A DNA stretch of 61,210 bases, the filler included. It is 7 parts of 7 records of this genome, joined end to end, with 100 filler letters (N's around TTAATTAATTAA, not from the genome) between each part and the next. Parts side by side here need not be neighbours in the genome. Positions count along the whole stretch, not along the records: positions 16,978 to 26,305 come from SRR31147125_7854; positions 26,406 to 36,698 come from SRR31147125_7857; 5 more parts are not named here. The stretch is one strand, 5' to 3'. How positions within the stretch are numbered: position 1 is the stretch's first letter; each line of letters opens with the position of its first letter. The notes under the pieces were generated by a model. That model ran no database searches. It was not told the origin of the DNA and saw only the letters and a list, made by a program, of their open reading frames with translations. A program made the translations under genes and the position numbers. This document shows, one piece after another, positions 19,972-30,290 of the stretch.

Positions 19972-21103
19972 AAATTTCCATGAGAATAAAGTTGAAAAGG
20001 GCGCTTTTCGTGCTACTCTTGTTGAGACAGGTGAATTACAGGCTGTTAACTCAAAAATTATTCCAATGCCTGCTTTTAGTTGGTCATATGGAAGGCCAAA
20101 GATCATAGAGCTTGAGAAGGAAGGCCTGATTGTCAAAAAAGGGGATATTGTTGGTAAAATAGAGACGGCAGGTGTTGAGAGTAAATTATCAGAAGAAGAA
20201 TCAGAGTTGGCCATCGCGCAGGCTGATCTTAAAAAACTGGATGTTGAGCACGCTTCCCAATTAAAAAATTTGAGTGCTGAGCTGGAATCGGCAAAAGCTG
20301 GTTTACGACAGGCGATCATTGACACACAGCGAGTCACATTTGAATCTGCAGTAAAGAAAAAGATTCAACGTCTCAAATTTCAACGGGCTGTCATTGCATT
20401 AAATGCCGCACAAAATAAACTGAAACATAAGAAAATTGTGCAGCGGGAAGAAATATTAATACAACAGGCCAGGATCAAAAAAATAGTTGCAGACATTGAT
20501 CAAGCCCACAGAACTATTGAACGATTCATATTACGTGCTCCGGCTGATGGAATGATCGAATATCGTAGAAGGAGATGGGGAGCACGGGAAAAGATCAAGG
20601 TAGGAGATGAATCCTGGCCCGGAGAACCATTGATTGGACTTCCGGATCTCAGACGGATGAAGGCATTGACAACAATTAATGAAACAGATATTGATAAAGT
20701 GGATGTCGGCAATAAAGTGACCGTTAAATTGGATGCTTTTCCAAAATATACATTTGACGGCTCTGTTATCTGGATTAGTAAGACCTGCCGGAAAAAGGAG
20801 AACAAATCCAAAGTCAAAGTATTTGATGTTGAAGTCCTTTTGGACGGATCAGATCCCATCCTCAGACCCGGCATGACCGCCAGTTGTGAGATTATTGTTG
20901 CTGAATTAACTGATGCGTTATGGGTTGATTTTGATTGTATCCACCAGGAAGGCAAAGATTATTATATTTATGTTCAAAACGATGGTAAAACAAATCGTGT
21001 AAAAGTAACACTAGGGCCGCGTAATTCAAAAGCAGTTGTGGTATACGGAGAACTTGACGCAGGAGATAAAATTGTATCTCCGCAAAAATCGGGGAAAGCC
21101 TAA
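19910..21103 (+). CDS. Efflux periplasmic adaptor (MFP) 3, lipoprotein
   Basis: Lipobox-like NLAC, EGLIVKKGDIV, LRAPADGM, INETDI, LRPGMTA. Confidence 0.9.
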   Translation: MRILVRSLCAIVLLNLACHTENFHENKVEKGAFRATLVETGELQAVNSKIIPMPAFSWSYGRPKIIELEKEGLIVKKGDIVGKIETAGVESKLSEEESELAIAQADLKKLDVEHASQLKNLSAELESAKAGLRQAIIDTQRVTFESAVKKKIQRLKFQRAVIALNAAQNKLKHKKIVQREEILIQQARIKKIVADIDQAHRTIERFILRAPADGMIEYRRRRWGAREKIKVGDESWPGEPLIGLPDLRRMKALTTINETDIDKVDVGNKVTVKLDAFPKYTFDGSVIWISKTCRKKENKSKVKVFDVEVLLDGSDPILRPGMTASCEIIVAELTDALWVDFDCIHQEGKDYYIYVQNDGKTNRVKVTLGPRNSKAVVVYGELDAGDKIVSPQKSGKA

Positions 21104-22341
21104 TGCAATTTCAAGAACAAGTATTCATCGGACTTGAGGGACTCAAAGCTCACAAACTTCGTTCTGTTTTGACGATGTTGGGTATTATTTTTGGCGTTGC
21201 TGCTGTTATTGCCATGCTATCTATTGGTGAAGGAGCGAAACGTGAGGCGCTGGAAAAGTATGAATTTCTTGGTGTTAACAATATCATTATACGGGATAAA
21301 GATCTGAGCGAAGATGAGCTGGAAAAGGTGCGAGCCAAATTTTCGCGAGGTCTTTCTTTACAGGATGCGGAGGCGATTTTAAAAATTGTCCCTGCTATCG
21401 AAAGAGTCGCTCCTCAATCCGAATTTGAAACAGAAGCCAAATATGAAGACAAATCTGCCAAAGTGACTTTGGTGGGTGTCACTCCGGATTTTACAGATAT
21501 TCTTAACTATGAGGCTGGGCAAGGAACTTTTTTGGCCCCTGAGCATCATCAGAGAGAAATGCGGGTTTGCATACTTGGCGCGGATGTCGCCAAACAACTT
21601 TTTCCTGTACAGGATCCCTTAGGTAAACGGGTCAAGCTTGATGATCAGTGGTTTGAAGTCATTGGAGTCATGACCAGTAAGGCGTTATTTACGGAAACGG
21701 TCGGTGAACTGGCTGCAAGGAACTTGAACCAGGATATTTATCTGCCACTTTCATCTCTGTTGAGACGGTTCACCAAGGAGCAACAATTGGCAAGCGAGGT
21801 GGATCAATTGACCGTCAAAGTTCGTGAATCTGAACAGTTGGTTGAGAGTTCCGTTATTATACGTCGCATCCTGGAGCGCCGCCATCACGATAATGACGAT
21901 TTTGACATTGTGGTTCCCTACGAATTATTAAAACAAGAGGAAAAAGAAAGACGGATATATGACATGGTTTTGGGCTCTATCGCCGCGATTTCTTTGCTCG
22001 TAGGAGGTATCGGTATTATGAATATCATGCTGGCCACTGTTCTGGAGAGAACGCGAGAGATTGGGGTACGCAGAGCCTTAGGGGCACGGAAAAAAGAGAT
22101 TCTGAATCAGTTTCTTATTGAAGCTGTTGGGCTCAGTCTTGTCGGTGGCCTCATTGGTGTCACTTTGGGGATATCCATGTCGTTTGTAATAAATAGTATC
22201 GCGGAATTTAAAACACTTGTTACACCCTTTTCGGTGATAATCGCTTTTAGTGTATCCGGAGCTGTTGGTATTTTATTCGGTACATTTCCTGCACGCCGCG
22301 CAGCAAATGTGAATCCGATTGATGCCCTGCGATATGAATAA
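21103..22341 (+). CDS. MacB/FtsX-family ABC permease without a fused ATPase
   Basis: KLRSVLTMLGIIFGVAAVIAMLSIGEG, large periplasmic domain, GGIGIMNIMLA.V.ERTREIGVRRALGA and PARRAA..NPIDALRYE. Translationally coupled by TAATG. Confidence 0.95.
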   Translation: MQFQEQVFIGLEGLKAHKLRSVLTMLGIIFGVAAVIAMLSIGEGAKREALEKYEFLGVNNIIIRDKDLSEDELEKVRAKFSRGLSLQDAEAILKIVPAIERVAPQSEFETEAKYEDKSAKVTLVGVTPDFTDILNYEAGQGTFLAPEHHQREMRVCILGADVAKQLFPVQDPLGKRVKLDDQWFEVIGVMTSKALFTETVGELAARNLNQDIYLPLSSLLRRFTKEQQLASEVDQLTVKVRESEQLVESSVIIRRILERRHHDNDDFDIVVPYELLKQEEKERRIYDMVLGSIAAISLLVGGIGIMNIMLATVLERTREIGVRRALGARKKEILNQFLIEAVGLSLVGGLIGVTLGISMSFVINSIAEFKTLVTPFSVIIAFSVSGAVGILFGTFPARRAANVNPIDALRYE

Positions 22342-22442
22342 GATTATTTGAGATGATTGGAAAAGCTTGTTTTAAAGATCCACCTTTCCTGTTTAGATCA
22401 GTAGGTTCACTTTGTTTTGTAAATATCTCGGGAGGCATATAA

Positions 22443-23980
22443 ATGAATGCATATTTATCAGCGAGAAGATTTTTTGTTATTTACTCTTTTTTGTTCGTTA
22501 TTCTATTGGTTACGAGGAGTGGCATAACACAAGAGAAAAAAATAGTGACTTTGGATGATGCCATTGCTATCGCGCTGGAAAAAAGTTTTGATATGAAGAC
22601 ATTGCGTCTGCAAACCGTACAGGCCACGGAAAGTCTTATCGCGGCAAAAGGTCGATTCAAAACAAACGCACAGATATACATGAGCACACCAAGTTGGGAA
22701 GAGTCTGTTAGCCAAATTCAGATCCAGGATGCTTTGCCTGTGTATAATACAACGGGTGAATTTATGTATCGCGGTATATTGGATATCAATCAACCTCTGC
22801 CAACAGATGGTACATTTACTCTTCGTTCAAGAGTTTATCATCGCGATGTCTCGACCTTTCGTGAGGATCTTGGGAGTGATATTGAGAGAAAAGAGATGTA
22901 CACCTCTCTCAGTTTGAATTTTACCCAACCATTATTCACCATGAACACATTGAAAACAGGGCTAAAGAGAGCGAATCTTCAATATGAAAGGACATCCCGA
23001 TATTATAAACGAAGTGAATTAAATAATGTATATGATGTCACGAGATGGTTTTTTATTGTTTACCGTGCGACGAGAAATGTGGAAATTCAAAAAGATGATG
23101 TTAAACAACAACAAGCTTTGTTTGAACTGGCCAGTAAGAAATATAATGCAGGTCTGATACCCGAAGTAGGAGCACTTCAATTTGAAGTAGACCTGGCTGA
23201 GAGTAAGAATGAACTGGTCAAAGCAGAGGGAGAGTTGGCAAGAGCAGAAGACTCTTTTAAACAACTCATAGGACTTGGTTTAGCAGAACAGGTAGGGGTT
23301 CAAACAGATGTTAAATTTACACCCATCTACGTTGATTTAGACAGAGCTATTGAACTTGCATTAACCAATCGTTCGGAAATTAGGGAAACTGAAATTGATG
23401 TTGAATTGGCGGAAATTAGCGTCAAACAAGCAGATGCGAGAAGTGAAATCAAGGGAGAACTGGTCGCATCCTATGATCTGACTGGTATAAGTGATCCCAC
23501 ATTACCTTACGGATCATCTGTGAGGCGTTTATGGGATTCCAGTCTGGATGATCTGGATCGTCGACCCAATAATCGTAGTATTGTATTTAATCTTAGTGTG
23601 CCTTTGTGGGACTGGGGGTGAATGCAGCTGAGGTTGCTGAAGCGAGAGCAGAACTACAATCGAGAGAGTTAGATTTGGCTGAACAAAAAAAGACGATAAT
23701 CCGTGAGGTGCGTGCTGTTGTCGGAGAATTAAAGGAAGCGGAAAATAGATTACATGTTTTAGAAAAACAGGAAAAAGTGGCACAAAAGGCTTTTGATATT
23801 TCTGTTGAACGATTTAATAACGGTGATATCACAAGTCAGGATTTGGCTCTGGACCGTAATCGACTGATCACAGCAAGATCTTCCTATCTGGAAGCTTTTA
23901 TTGATTTCAAGATAGCACTTGCGGATTTGAAAAGGAAAACCATGTGGGATTTTGAAAATAATAAAAGTTTGATAAATTAA
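22443..23980 (+). CDS. TolC-family outer membrane factor, frameshift in the G-run at about 23615
   Basis: TLDDAIAIALE, FTQPLF and LSVPLWDWG; the next frame continues with ERFNNGDIT..DL. Confidence 0.9.
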
Positions 23981-24124
23981 GTTTTGTTTAGTGATAAAAG
24001 GACATTCATGTTTTCTGGTTTCCTAAATAAAAATGGTGATCCGGAGAATAACTTTTGGAATAGGTGGACATCTCTTTGTGTTTTTTAGGCATCAGGAATG
24101 TTGTTATAAAAGGATGCAATCACC

Positions 24125-24463
24125 ATGAATGACAGGATTTTTGCAAAGGATGTCACGGTCCGTCATGAGGATCAGGTTCTAACTATTATCTGGGGAGATG
24201 AGCACAAGACTGTTTTTCCTTTGGAGGGACTACGTTATGCCTGCCCATGCGCAGAGTGTCAGGGCGGGCATGAGAATATGGGAACGCCGGTTGAGCCTGC
24301 CATTTTTAAACAACCCGCTGAAAAGTTGTGGCGTGTTGAAAATATCCAACCTGTTGGAAATTATGCTGTGCAATTATTCTGGAGTGATGGACACAATACA
24401 GGCTTGTATACCTGGGAAAGTTTACGGAAGATTTGTCCCTGTAACGAGTGCAATTCTTTGTAA
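24125..24463 (+). CDS. DUF971 / GBBH N-terminal-like small Cys-containing protein
   Basis: LRYACPCAEC, VGNYAVQLFWSDGHNTGLY and CPCNEC. Confidence 0.88.
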   Translation: MNDRIFAKDVTVRHEDQVLTIIWGDEHKTVFPLEGLRYACPCAECQGGHENMGTPVEPAIFKQPAEKLWRVENIQPVGNYAVQLFWSDGHNTGLYTWESLRKICPCNECNSL

Positions 24464-24497
24464 ATATGTTGGATTGTTTTTAAACTTTCCGTAATTT

Positions 24498-24971
24498 ATG
24501 AAAAATCAGTATAGACTAACAATATGGTGTGAAATGGATGAACGACAGCAAGATTTTTATCAAAAACTGAGAACAAAATTGCGGAAATGGGTCGAAAGTA
24601 AAGAGGGTACCTCTCACAAGTGGGCTGAGTATCTCATGTTTGCACCGGACCTGTTTCATTTACTCTGCAGACTATCCGTTGATGAACGTGTACCGGCCAA
24701 AGAAAAAGCCAAGCTGGCAATTGTACTCGCTTATTTTATATCACCATTGGATATCATCCCGGAAGCTATTCTTGGCCCTGCTGGTTACGTTGATGATATA
24801 GCCTTATCAGCTTATGTGTTAAACGGATTATTGAATCATACGGATCCAGAGGTATTACAGGAACATTGGGCTGGTGAAGAGGATGTCCTCGACGTTATAA
24901 AAAAAATACTCCATGTTGCCGATACCATGGTTGGCAAAGGGCTTTGGAATAAGCTTAAAGGACGCGTATAA
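24498..24971 (+). CDS. DUF1232 (YkvA) family protein
   Basis: AYFISPLDIIPEAILGPAGYVDD; the start may be ATG 24536. Confidence 0.88.
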   Translation: MKNQYRLTIWCEMDERQQDFYQKLRTKLRKWVESKEGTSHKWAEYLMFAPDLFHLLCRLSVDERVPAKEKAKLAIVLAYFISPLDIIPEAILGPAGYVDDIALSAYVLNGLLNHTDPEVLQEHWAGEEDVLDVIKKILHVADTMVGKGLWNKLKGRV

Positions 24972-25717
24972 TTTGTTTGAGCAAACCAATCAAAATTTGC
25001 TTGTTAAACGAAAGATATTATATATTTTTCCCCATCCTGATGATGAATCCTTTGGACCAGCTCCTGCTATGTACAAGCAGGTCAGGTCCGGACATCAGGT
25101 ATTTCTTTTGACATTGACCAAAGGTGGAGCCACCAAACAGAGGCTTAAATATGGTTATTCTGTTGAAGAAATGGGGGATATCCGATTTAAAGAGATGCTC
25201 GATGTCGCCAGGGTTCTTAATCTCTCCAACATGACGGTGCTGGATCTACCTGATAGTGGCTTAAAGGAGATGGATCCGCGTGAGATCGAAAAGAGTGTCA
25301 GGGATGAGATAGAAAAGCTGCAGCCGGAAATTATTGTAACATATCCTGTGCATGGTATTAGCGGATTTCATGATCATCTGGTTTCTCATGCGATTGTAAA
25401 GCGTGTTTACCTGCACATGAAAGAATCAGGAGCCTCTTTTTTAAAACGTTTGGCTTTTTTACTCTTCGTGAGGAAGATATACCAAAAGATGGTGTTTTTC
25501 AGCTTCATCATTCGACGATAGATGAGATTGATTGTATCGTGACAGTTGACGAGGAGGATGTTGAGAAGGGAAGGATGGCATTGGATTGTTATAGAAGCTA
25601 CGCGGACGTCATTGAAAAAACGCGTATAAAGGAATTGATTGGCAATCAGGTTGCGTATGAATTTTTCAGGAAAATTTTTCGCCGCCGCTCGGGGAGCTGG
25701 ATGAAAATTTAAGATAG
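24913..25717 (+). CDS. PIG-L/LmbE-family deacetylase (frameshifted; start uncertain)
   Basis: FPHPDDES, LTKGGA and GFHDH motifs. The reading continues past a T-run at about 25455 in another frame to about 25712-25717. Confidence 0.85.
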
Positions 25718-25741
25718 ATCGTAAAAAATATGTTCAGGTCA

Positions 25742-26305
25742 TTACAGTGATAATCGCCATTGAATGTAGGCCCGATTCCAATCCTGGCGTTGCAGGTTTT
25801 TTTGGTAAATCAAATAAAGACTGTGATTTTTTGAATAACGCGAGATTCCCAGAGCTTTGTAACGTGTGTATTTGTATTCCGAGTCCTGGTAAATCAATCG
25901 AAACCGGGCAAAAAATTTGAAATTTAAAGATTTCGTCACATAATATGACGTGCTGTGATAACCACCGATAACAAAATTGTTGTGCATGGACATGGATAAA
26001 TAGAAATCCGTTGGTCCTGCAATGCGGGCCCGGAATTTAGAGCGAATTTTTGTCAGCGGATAATGAATATTCAGCCCAGACAAATTTGGGATTATAAATC
26101 CCATTTTATGTTTATTTAATAATTTTCTTGCATAACGCATGGCTTCTCTAGCAATACCACCTGCCATAACAAGCTTTAACATATCTATTTTTACTTCATC
26201 CGGCAACCGGTTCATCTCTTCAAAAAGCATCTCAGTTGTTCCATATGCCACTGGGTAGGTTTTACTGGCCATAAAAACAAGTTTACGTAATTGCCACTGC
26301 AGAGT
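25742..26305 (-). CDS. Hypothetical protein (probably 5'-truncated), possible outer-membrane beta-strand C-terminus
   Basis: 176-aa ORF with alternating aromatic/basic strands ending AYIQWRLSL. Confidence 0.5.
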   Translation of the reverse strand, partial: TLQWQLRKLVFMASKTYPVAYGTTEMLFEEMNRLPDEVKIDMLKLVMAGGIAREAMRYARKLLNKHKMGFIIPNLSGLNIHYPLTKIRSKFRARIAGPTDFYLSMSMHNNFVIGGYHSTSYYVTKSLNFKFFARFRLIYQDSEYKYTRYKALGISRYSKNHSLYLIYQKNLQRQDWNRAYIQWRLSL

Positions 26306-26405
26306 NNNNNNNNNNNNNNNNNNNNNNNNNNNNNNNNNNNNNNNNNNNNTTAATTAATTAANNNNNNNNNNNNNNNNNNNNNNNNNNNNNNNNNNNNNNN
26401 NNNNN
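26306..26405. other. Artificial contig spacer
   Basis: N44-TTAATTAATTAA-N44. Confidence 0.99.
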
Positions 26406-26553
26406 CCCATAGTTTATTCATGTCTATTTCGCTTGTATCTTCGGAGGAAGATAGAACTTCAACATTGCGCATACATGAATCTATAGTTTGCCCTTCAAAA
26501 GTCACCAATGCTGTCTTAATACATGTTGTACCTGCGTCTATGCCAATAATCAA
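26406..26553 (-). CDS. FGGY-family carbohydrate kinase (N-terminal fragment)
   Basis: IIGIDAGTTCIK phosphate-1 motif and EIDMNKLW. Confidence 0.85.
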
Positions 26554-26562
26554 AACGAATTC

Positions 26563-27567
26563 CTACTTTCCAAATTGTTTTAGACCCATAGTATCCACTT
26601 CAACATCCATCAGCTCTTTTAACTCTTCATCTAATTTCATGATAGTTAAAGTCACGCCCATCATCTCTAGGGATGTAAAATAGTTACCGACATATGCTTT
26701 ATGAATATTTAGTCCTTTTTCTGTCAAAATCTCGTCGACTTTGTTATATACAATGTATTGTTCCATAACCGGTGTAGCACCAAGCCCAGAAAGCAATACA
26801 ACCACATCATCTCCATCAGCTAATGTTTCATCAGAAAAGATAATATCAACCATTTTTTCTGCCATTTCATCAGCTGTTGCAAGCTTCGTAACCTCAATAC
26901 CAGGTTCTCCATGATGACCGATGCCAACTTCCATTGTGCCTTCTTTAATCTCAAAGTTTGCATGTCCAACAGCAGGGATAGTACAAGGTGTTAAACCAAT
27001 ACCAACGCTCTTTGTGTTGTCTATTGCTTTTTGTGCAGCGGCGATAACTTCGTCAAGGCTTCCGCCTTTAGATGCTTTTGCACCGCCCACTTTCCACATC
27101 AAAATTTCGCCAGCAACGCCTCTTCTTTTTTCTGTTTCTGTTTTTGGCGCAGAAGCTACATCGTCGTTTGCAACAACAGTTTTTACTGTAATGCCGTTCA
27201 TTTCGGCCATGTTCATTGCCATTTTTACGTTCATGTTATCGCCAGCATAGTTTCCGTAAAGGCAAGCAACACCTTCACCAGAATCAGCTTCTGCCATAGC
27301 ATCGTAGAACGCCTTTGCAGTTGGAGAGGAGAATATTTCTCCAACCGCTACAGCATCCACCATGTTTTTCCCAATATATCCAACGAATGCTGGTTTGTGT
27401 CCAGACCCACCGCCTGTTACAACACCCACCTTACCTTTTATCGGTGCATCCACATACTTAACTACTCTAGAATTATCTGTCGCTTTAACGATATCCTTAT
27501 GTGTCTTAACAAACCCTTTAAGCATATCTTCAACAACAAAATCAGCATTATTAATTATTCTTTGCAT
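26563..27567 (-). CDS. dhaK: Dihydroxyacetone kinase subunit K-like (possible erythrulose kinase)
   Basis: GGGSGHKP, NYAGD, RRGVAG and GIGHHGEPG. Confidence 0.9.
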   Translation of the reverse strand: MQRIINNADFVVEDMLKGFVKTHKDIVKATDNSRVVKYVDAPIKGKVGVVTGGGSGHKPAFVGYIGKNMVDAVAVGEIFSSPTAKAFYDAMAEADSGEGVACLYGNYAGDNMNVKMAMNMAEMNGITVKTVVANDDVASAPKTETEKRRGVAGEILMWKVGGAKASKGGSLDEVIAAAQKAIDNTKSVGIGLTPCTIPAVGHANFEIKEGTMEVGIGHHGEPGIEVTKLATADEMAEKMVDIIFSDETLADGDDVVVLLSGLGATPVMEQYIVYNKVDEILTEKGLNIHKAYVGNYFTSLEMMGVTLTIMKLDEELKELMDVEVDTMGLKQFGK

Positions 27568-28030
27568 GCTTAACTCCTTCTTTTATAAACTCCTGCTCAT
27601 ATTCCATAATCTTATCGACCTTAGCTGCAGAACCGCCGCCAGCAAAGTCACATTCCATCCATCTTGTAACAAGCAGTTTTGCAAGTTCAGAACTAATTAC
27701 TCTTGCACCCATAGTCATAATCTGTGCATTATTGCTCTTCCTCGAACGCTCTGTTGAAAATATATCGTGACAAACCGCTGCTCTTATACCAGGTACTTTG
27801 TTAGCAGAAATAGACATGCCGATACCTGTTCCACACAAGAGAATGCCTCTTTCATGCTTACCTTCAACAATGCTATTCGCCACTTTTACAGCCGTATCAG
27901 GGTATAACGACGGTTCATCAGTATAGACGCCATAGTCCTGAGTCTCGTATCCAAGACTGTGCAAGTGCTCAATTATGGTGTTTTTCAATTCTATTGCGGC
28001 TTCATCACAGCCCAAAGCAATTTTACTCAT
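27551..28030 (-). CDS. rpiB: RpiB/LacA/LacB sugar-phosphate isomerase (DerI-like)
   Basis: IALGCD, CGTGIGMSISANKVPGIRAA and SNNAQIMTMGARV. Confidence 0.92.
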   Translation of the reverse strand: MSKIALGCDEAAIELKNTIIEHLHSLGYETQDYGVYTDEPSLYPDTAVKVANSIVEGKHERGILLCGTGIGMSISANKVPGIRAAVCHDIFSTERSRKSNNAQIMTMGARVISSELAKLLVTRWMECDFAGGGSAAKVDKIMEYEQEFIKEGVKHAKNN

Positions 28031-28044
28031 CTTAACCTCCAAGC

Positions 28045-29124
28045 TTAAGGAATAAGTATAACTTTCAGTGTTCCAGGTTCACCTTTTTCAGCAACAGTAA
28101 ACGCTTCTTTCCACTGCTCAAGTGGGAACTTATGAGTAACAACACCTTTTGTAGGCAGTTTTCCTTCTTTCATCCATTCCATAACTGGCTCATAGCAGTA
28201 TGGGCTTAAGTGTGCGCCTAAAAGATCCAACTCTTTTCTGTCGCTAATAATACTCCAGTCACAAGTTGTTAAGTCTCCGAATACACTGAATTCAACAAAT
28301 GTACCCATTTTTCTAATCGCTTCAAGACCTTGCTGAACGCTTGAAGGATGCCCAGTTGCTTCTATATATACATCACAACCATAACCACCCGTTAGTTTTT
28401 GAATTTCTTCAACAACGTTCACTTTGCCAGGGTTCATTACAATATCTGCACCAAACTCTTTAGCAAGCTCTAATCTATCATCTTTCATATCCAAAACTAT
28501 CAGTTTCTTTGGGTTCTTCATTGCAATATAGCCAACCATACCAAGACCCAGTGTTCCTGCTCCAGAAAGCACAACCACGTCTTCGTTGCCGATATTACCT
28601 CTATCTACACAGTGTTTAGAGCAAGCATAAGGTTCAACCAAGATAGCATCTTCAATTGCCAGTTCTTCAGGAACATGGTAATTGATCGCTTCTTTTGTAA
28701 ATTTCATATACTCAGCCATTCCACCGTTTACGTTGTTTTGGAATCCATAAAGGTCATGTTTTTGACACATCCAATGTCTGCCAGTATTACAGAACATACA
28801 GTCCCAACAAGGAACAATTTGCTCGGAAATAACTCTATCTCCAATTTTAAAATCACCTTTAACATTATCGCCCATCTCAACTATTCTGCCGATAAACTCA
28901 TGTCCTGGTGTAACAGGTGCTTTAATATATGGCGGATTTCCTTCTCCGCCCCAAAAACTAGGTGCACCGTGATATGACTTTAAGTCTCCAGCACAAATTC
29001 CACAAGCTTCAACTTTAACAACTATTTCGCCATCGCCAGCTCTTGGTACATCCACTTCTTCCAATTTAAACTCACTTGGCGAATATGCTACAACTGCCTT
29101 CATTTTTTTTGGTAAATCACTCAT
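28045..29124 (-). CDS. Zn-dependent polyol dehydrogenase, erythritol/L-threitol dehydrogenase (EltD)-like
   Basis: CGICAGD, YHGAPSFWG insertion, PGHEF, CWDCMFC..C structural Zn site, GAGTLG and SIISDRKELD. The start is reassigned to MSDLP. Confidence 0.85.
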   Translation of the reverse strand: MSDLPKKMKAVVAYSPSEFKLEEVDVPRAGDGEIVVKVEACGICAGDLKSYHGAPSFWGGEGNPPYIKAPVTPGHEFIGRIVEMGDNVKGDFKIGDRVISEQIVPCWDCMFCNTGRHWMCQKHDLYGFQNNVNGGMAEYMKFTKEAINYHVPEELAIEDAILVEPYACSKHCVDRGNIGNEDVVVLSGAGTLGLGMVGYIAMKNPKKLIVLDMKDDRLELAKEFGADIVMNPGKVNVVEEIQKLTGGYGCDVYIEATGHPSSVQQGLEAIRKMGTFVEFSVFGDLTTCDWSIISDRKELDLLGAHLSPYCYEPVMEWMKEGKLPTKGVVTHKFPLEQWKEAFTVAEKGEPGTLKVILIP

Positions 29125-29167
29125 AATTGTTTCCTTTCCATATATAAAATTTCGGCCATATGGCTCA

Positions 29168-30287
29168 TTATTCTGTAATTTTTTCACCTGTTTCAACATC
29201 AAACAAGTGTGTTTTTTCCGCTCTAACTTCCAGTTTAACTTTGTCTCCAGCTTTATAACGTTTTTCATCTTGAGTAACCAAGGTCAAAAACTCTGTTCCA
29301 ACTCTGAAGCTGATTTTTCTTTCATCACCAAGGTTTTCAAAAACCGCAATACTAGCATCACTGCCTTTGCTGTCCTTACCGCCAATCAAAATATCTGTTG
29401 GTCTTACCCCCAACCTTAATTCTGTACCAACTTTAGTAACACTCAAATACCTATCTGGTACCGGTATAGATATATCTGCATCATTAAACTTAAACAGCTT
29501 TATGCCTGATTTTTCTATAACAGAAACTGTCATGATATTCATTGGTGGTTCGCCGATAAAGCTTGCAACAAATTCATTTGCAGGATTATCATAAACCTCA
29601 AACGGTGTTCCAAATTGCTGAAGCTCGCCATCCTTCATAATCGCAAGTTTGTCAGCCAAACTCATAGCTTCCAACTGGTCATGTGTAACGATAACAGTTG
29701 TACACTTAATCTCGTTATGAAGTCTCTTAATCTCTGTTCGTAAAACCTGGCGCATCTTACCGTCAAGATGCGACATAGGCTCGTCTAACAACAGTACTTT
29801 CGGTTTTCTTATAATCGCTCTTGCAATGTTAACCCTTTGTTTTTGTCCACCACTAAGTTTTCTAGGTTTCATATCCAATAGATCATCCACTTTTAATAGC
29901 GGTGCAATACGGTCAACTTCGGCTTTTATTTTATGCTCAGGCACTTTTTTTGCTCTCATATTGAAAACAATATTGTCGTAAACCGTAAGTGGCGGATACA
30001 TTGCATAATCCTCGAACGCAAGCCCAATACCTCTGTCTTTTGGCTCAAGATTATTTATCTTTGTCCCACCGATATAAATCTCGCCATCCGTAATGTCTTC
30101 AAGACCGGCAATCATTCTAAGTGTTGTTGTTTTTCCGCAACCAGAAGGACCTAATATGCCTATAAACTCACCATCTTCACATGTAATAGAAAAGTTGTTT
30201 ACTGCATACGGATTCAAAGGTTGTTTTCTCTTTTTCTTTTTTATTTGCATATCTTTTATACAAATTTGTCAATTTAAGTTCAGCCAT
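29168..30287 (-). CDS. Sugar ABC ATPase 2 (MalK-like), frameshift in the A-run at about 30235
   Basis: GPSGCGKT, LSGGQKQR, LLLDEP and THDQ; the true start MAELKLTNLYKRY is at 30287. Confidence 0.92.
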
Positions 30288-30290
30288 AGT

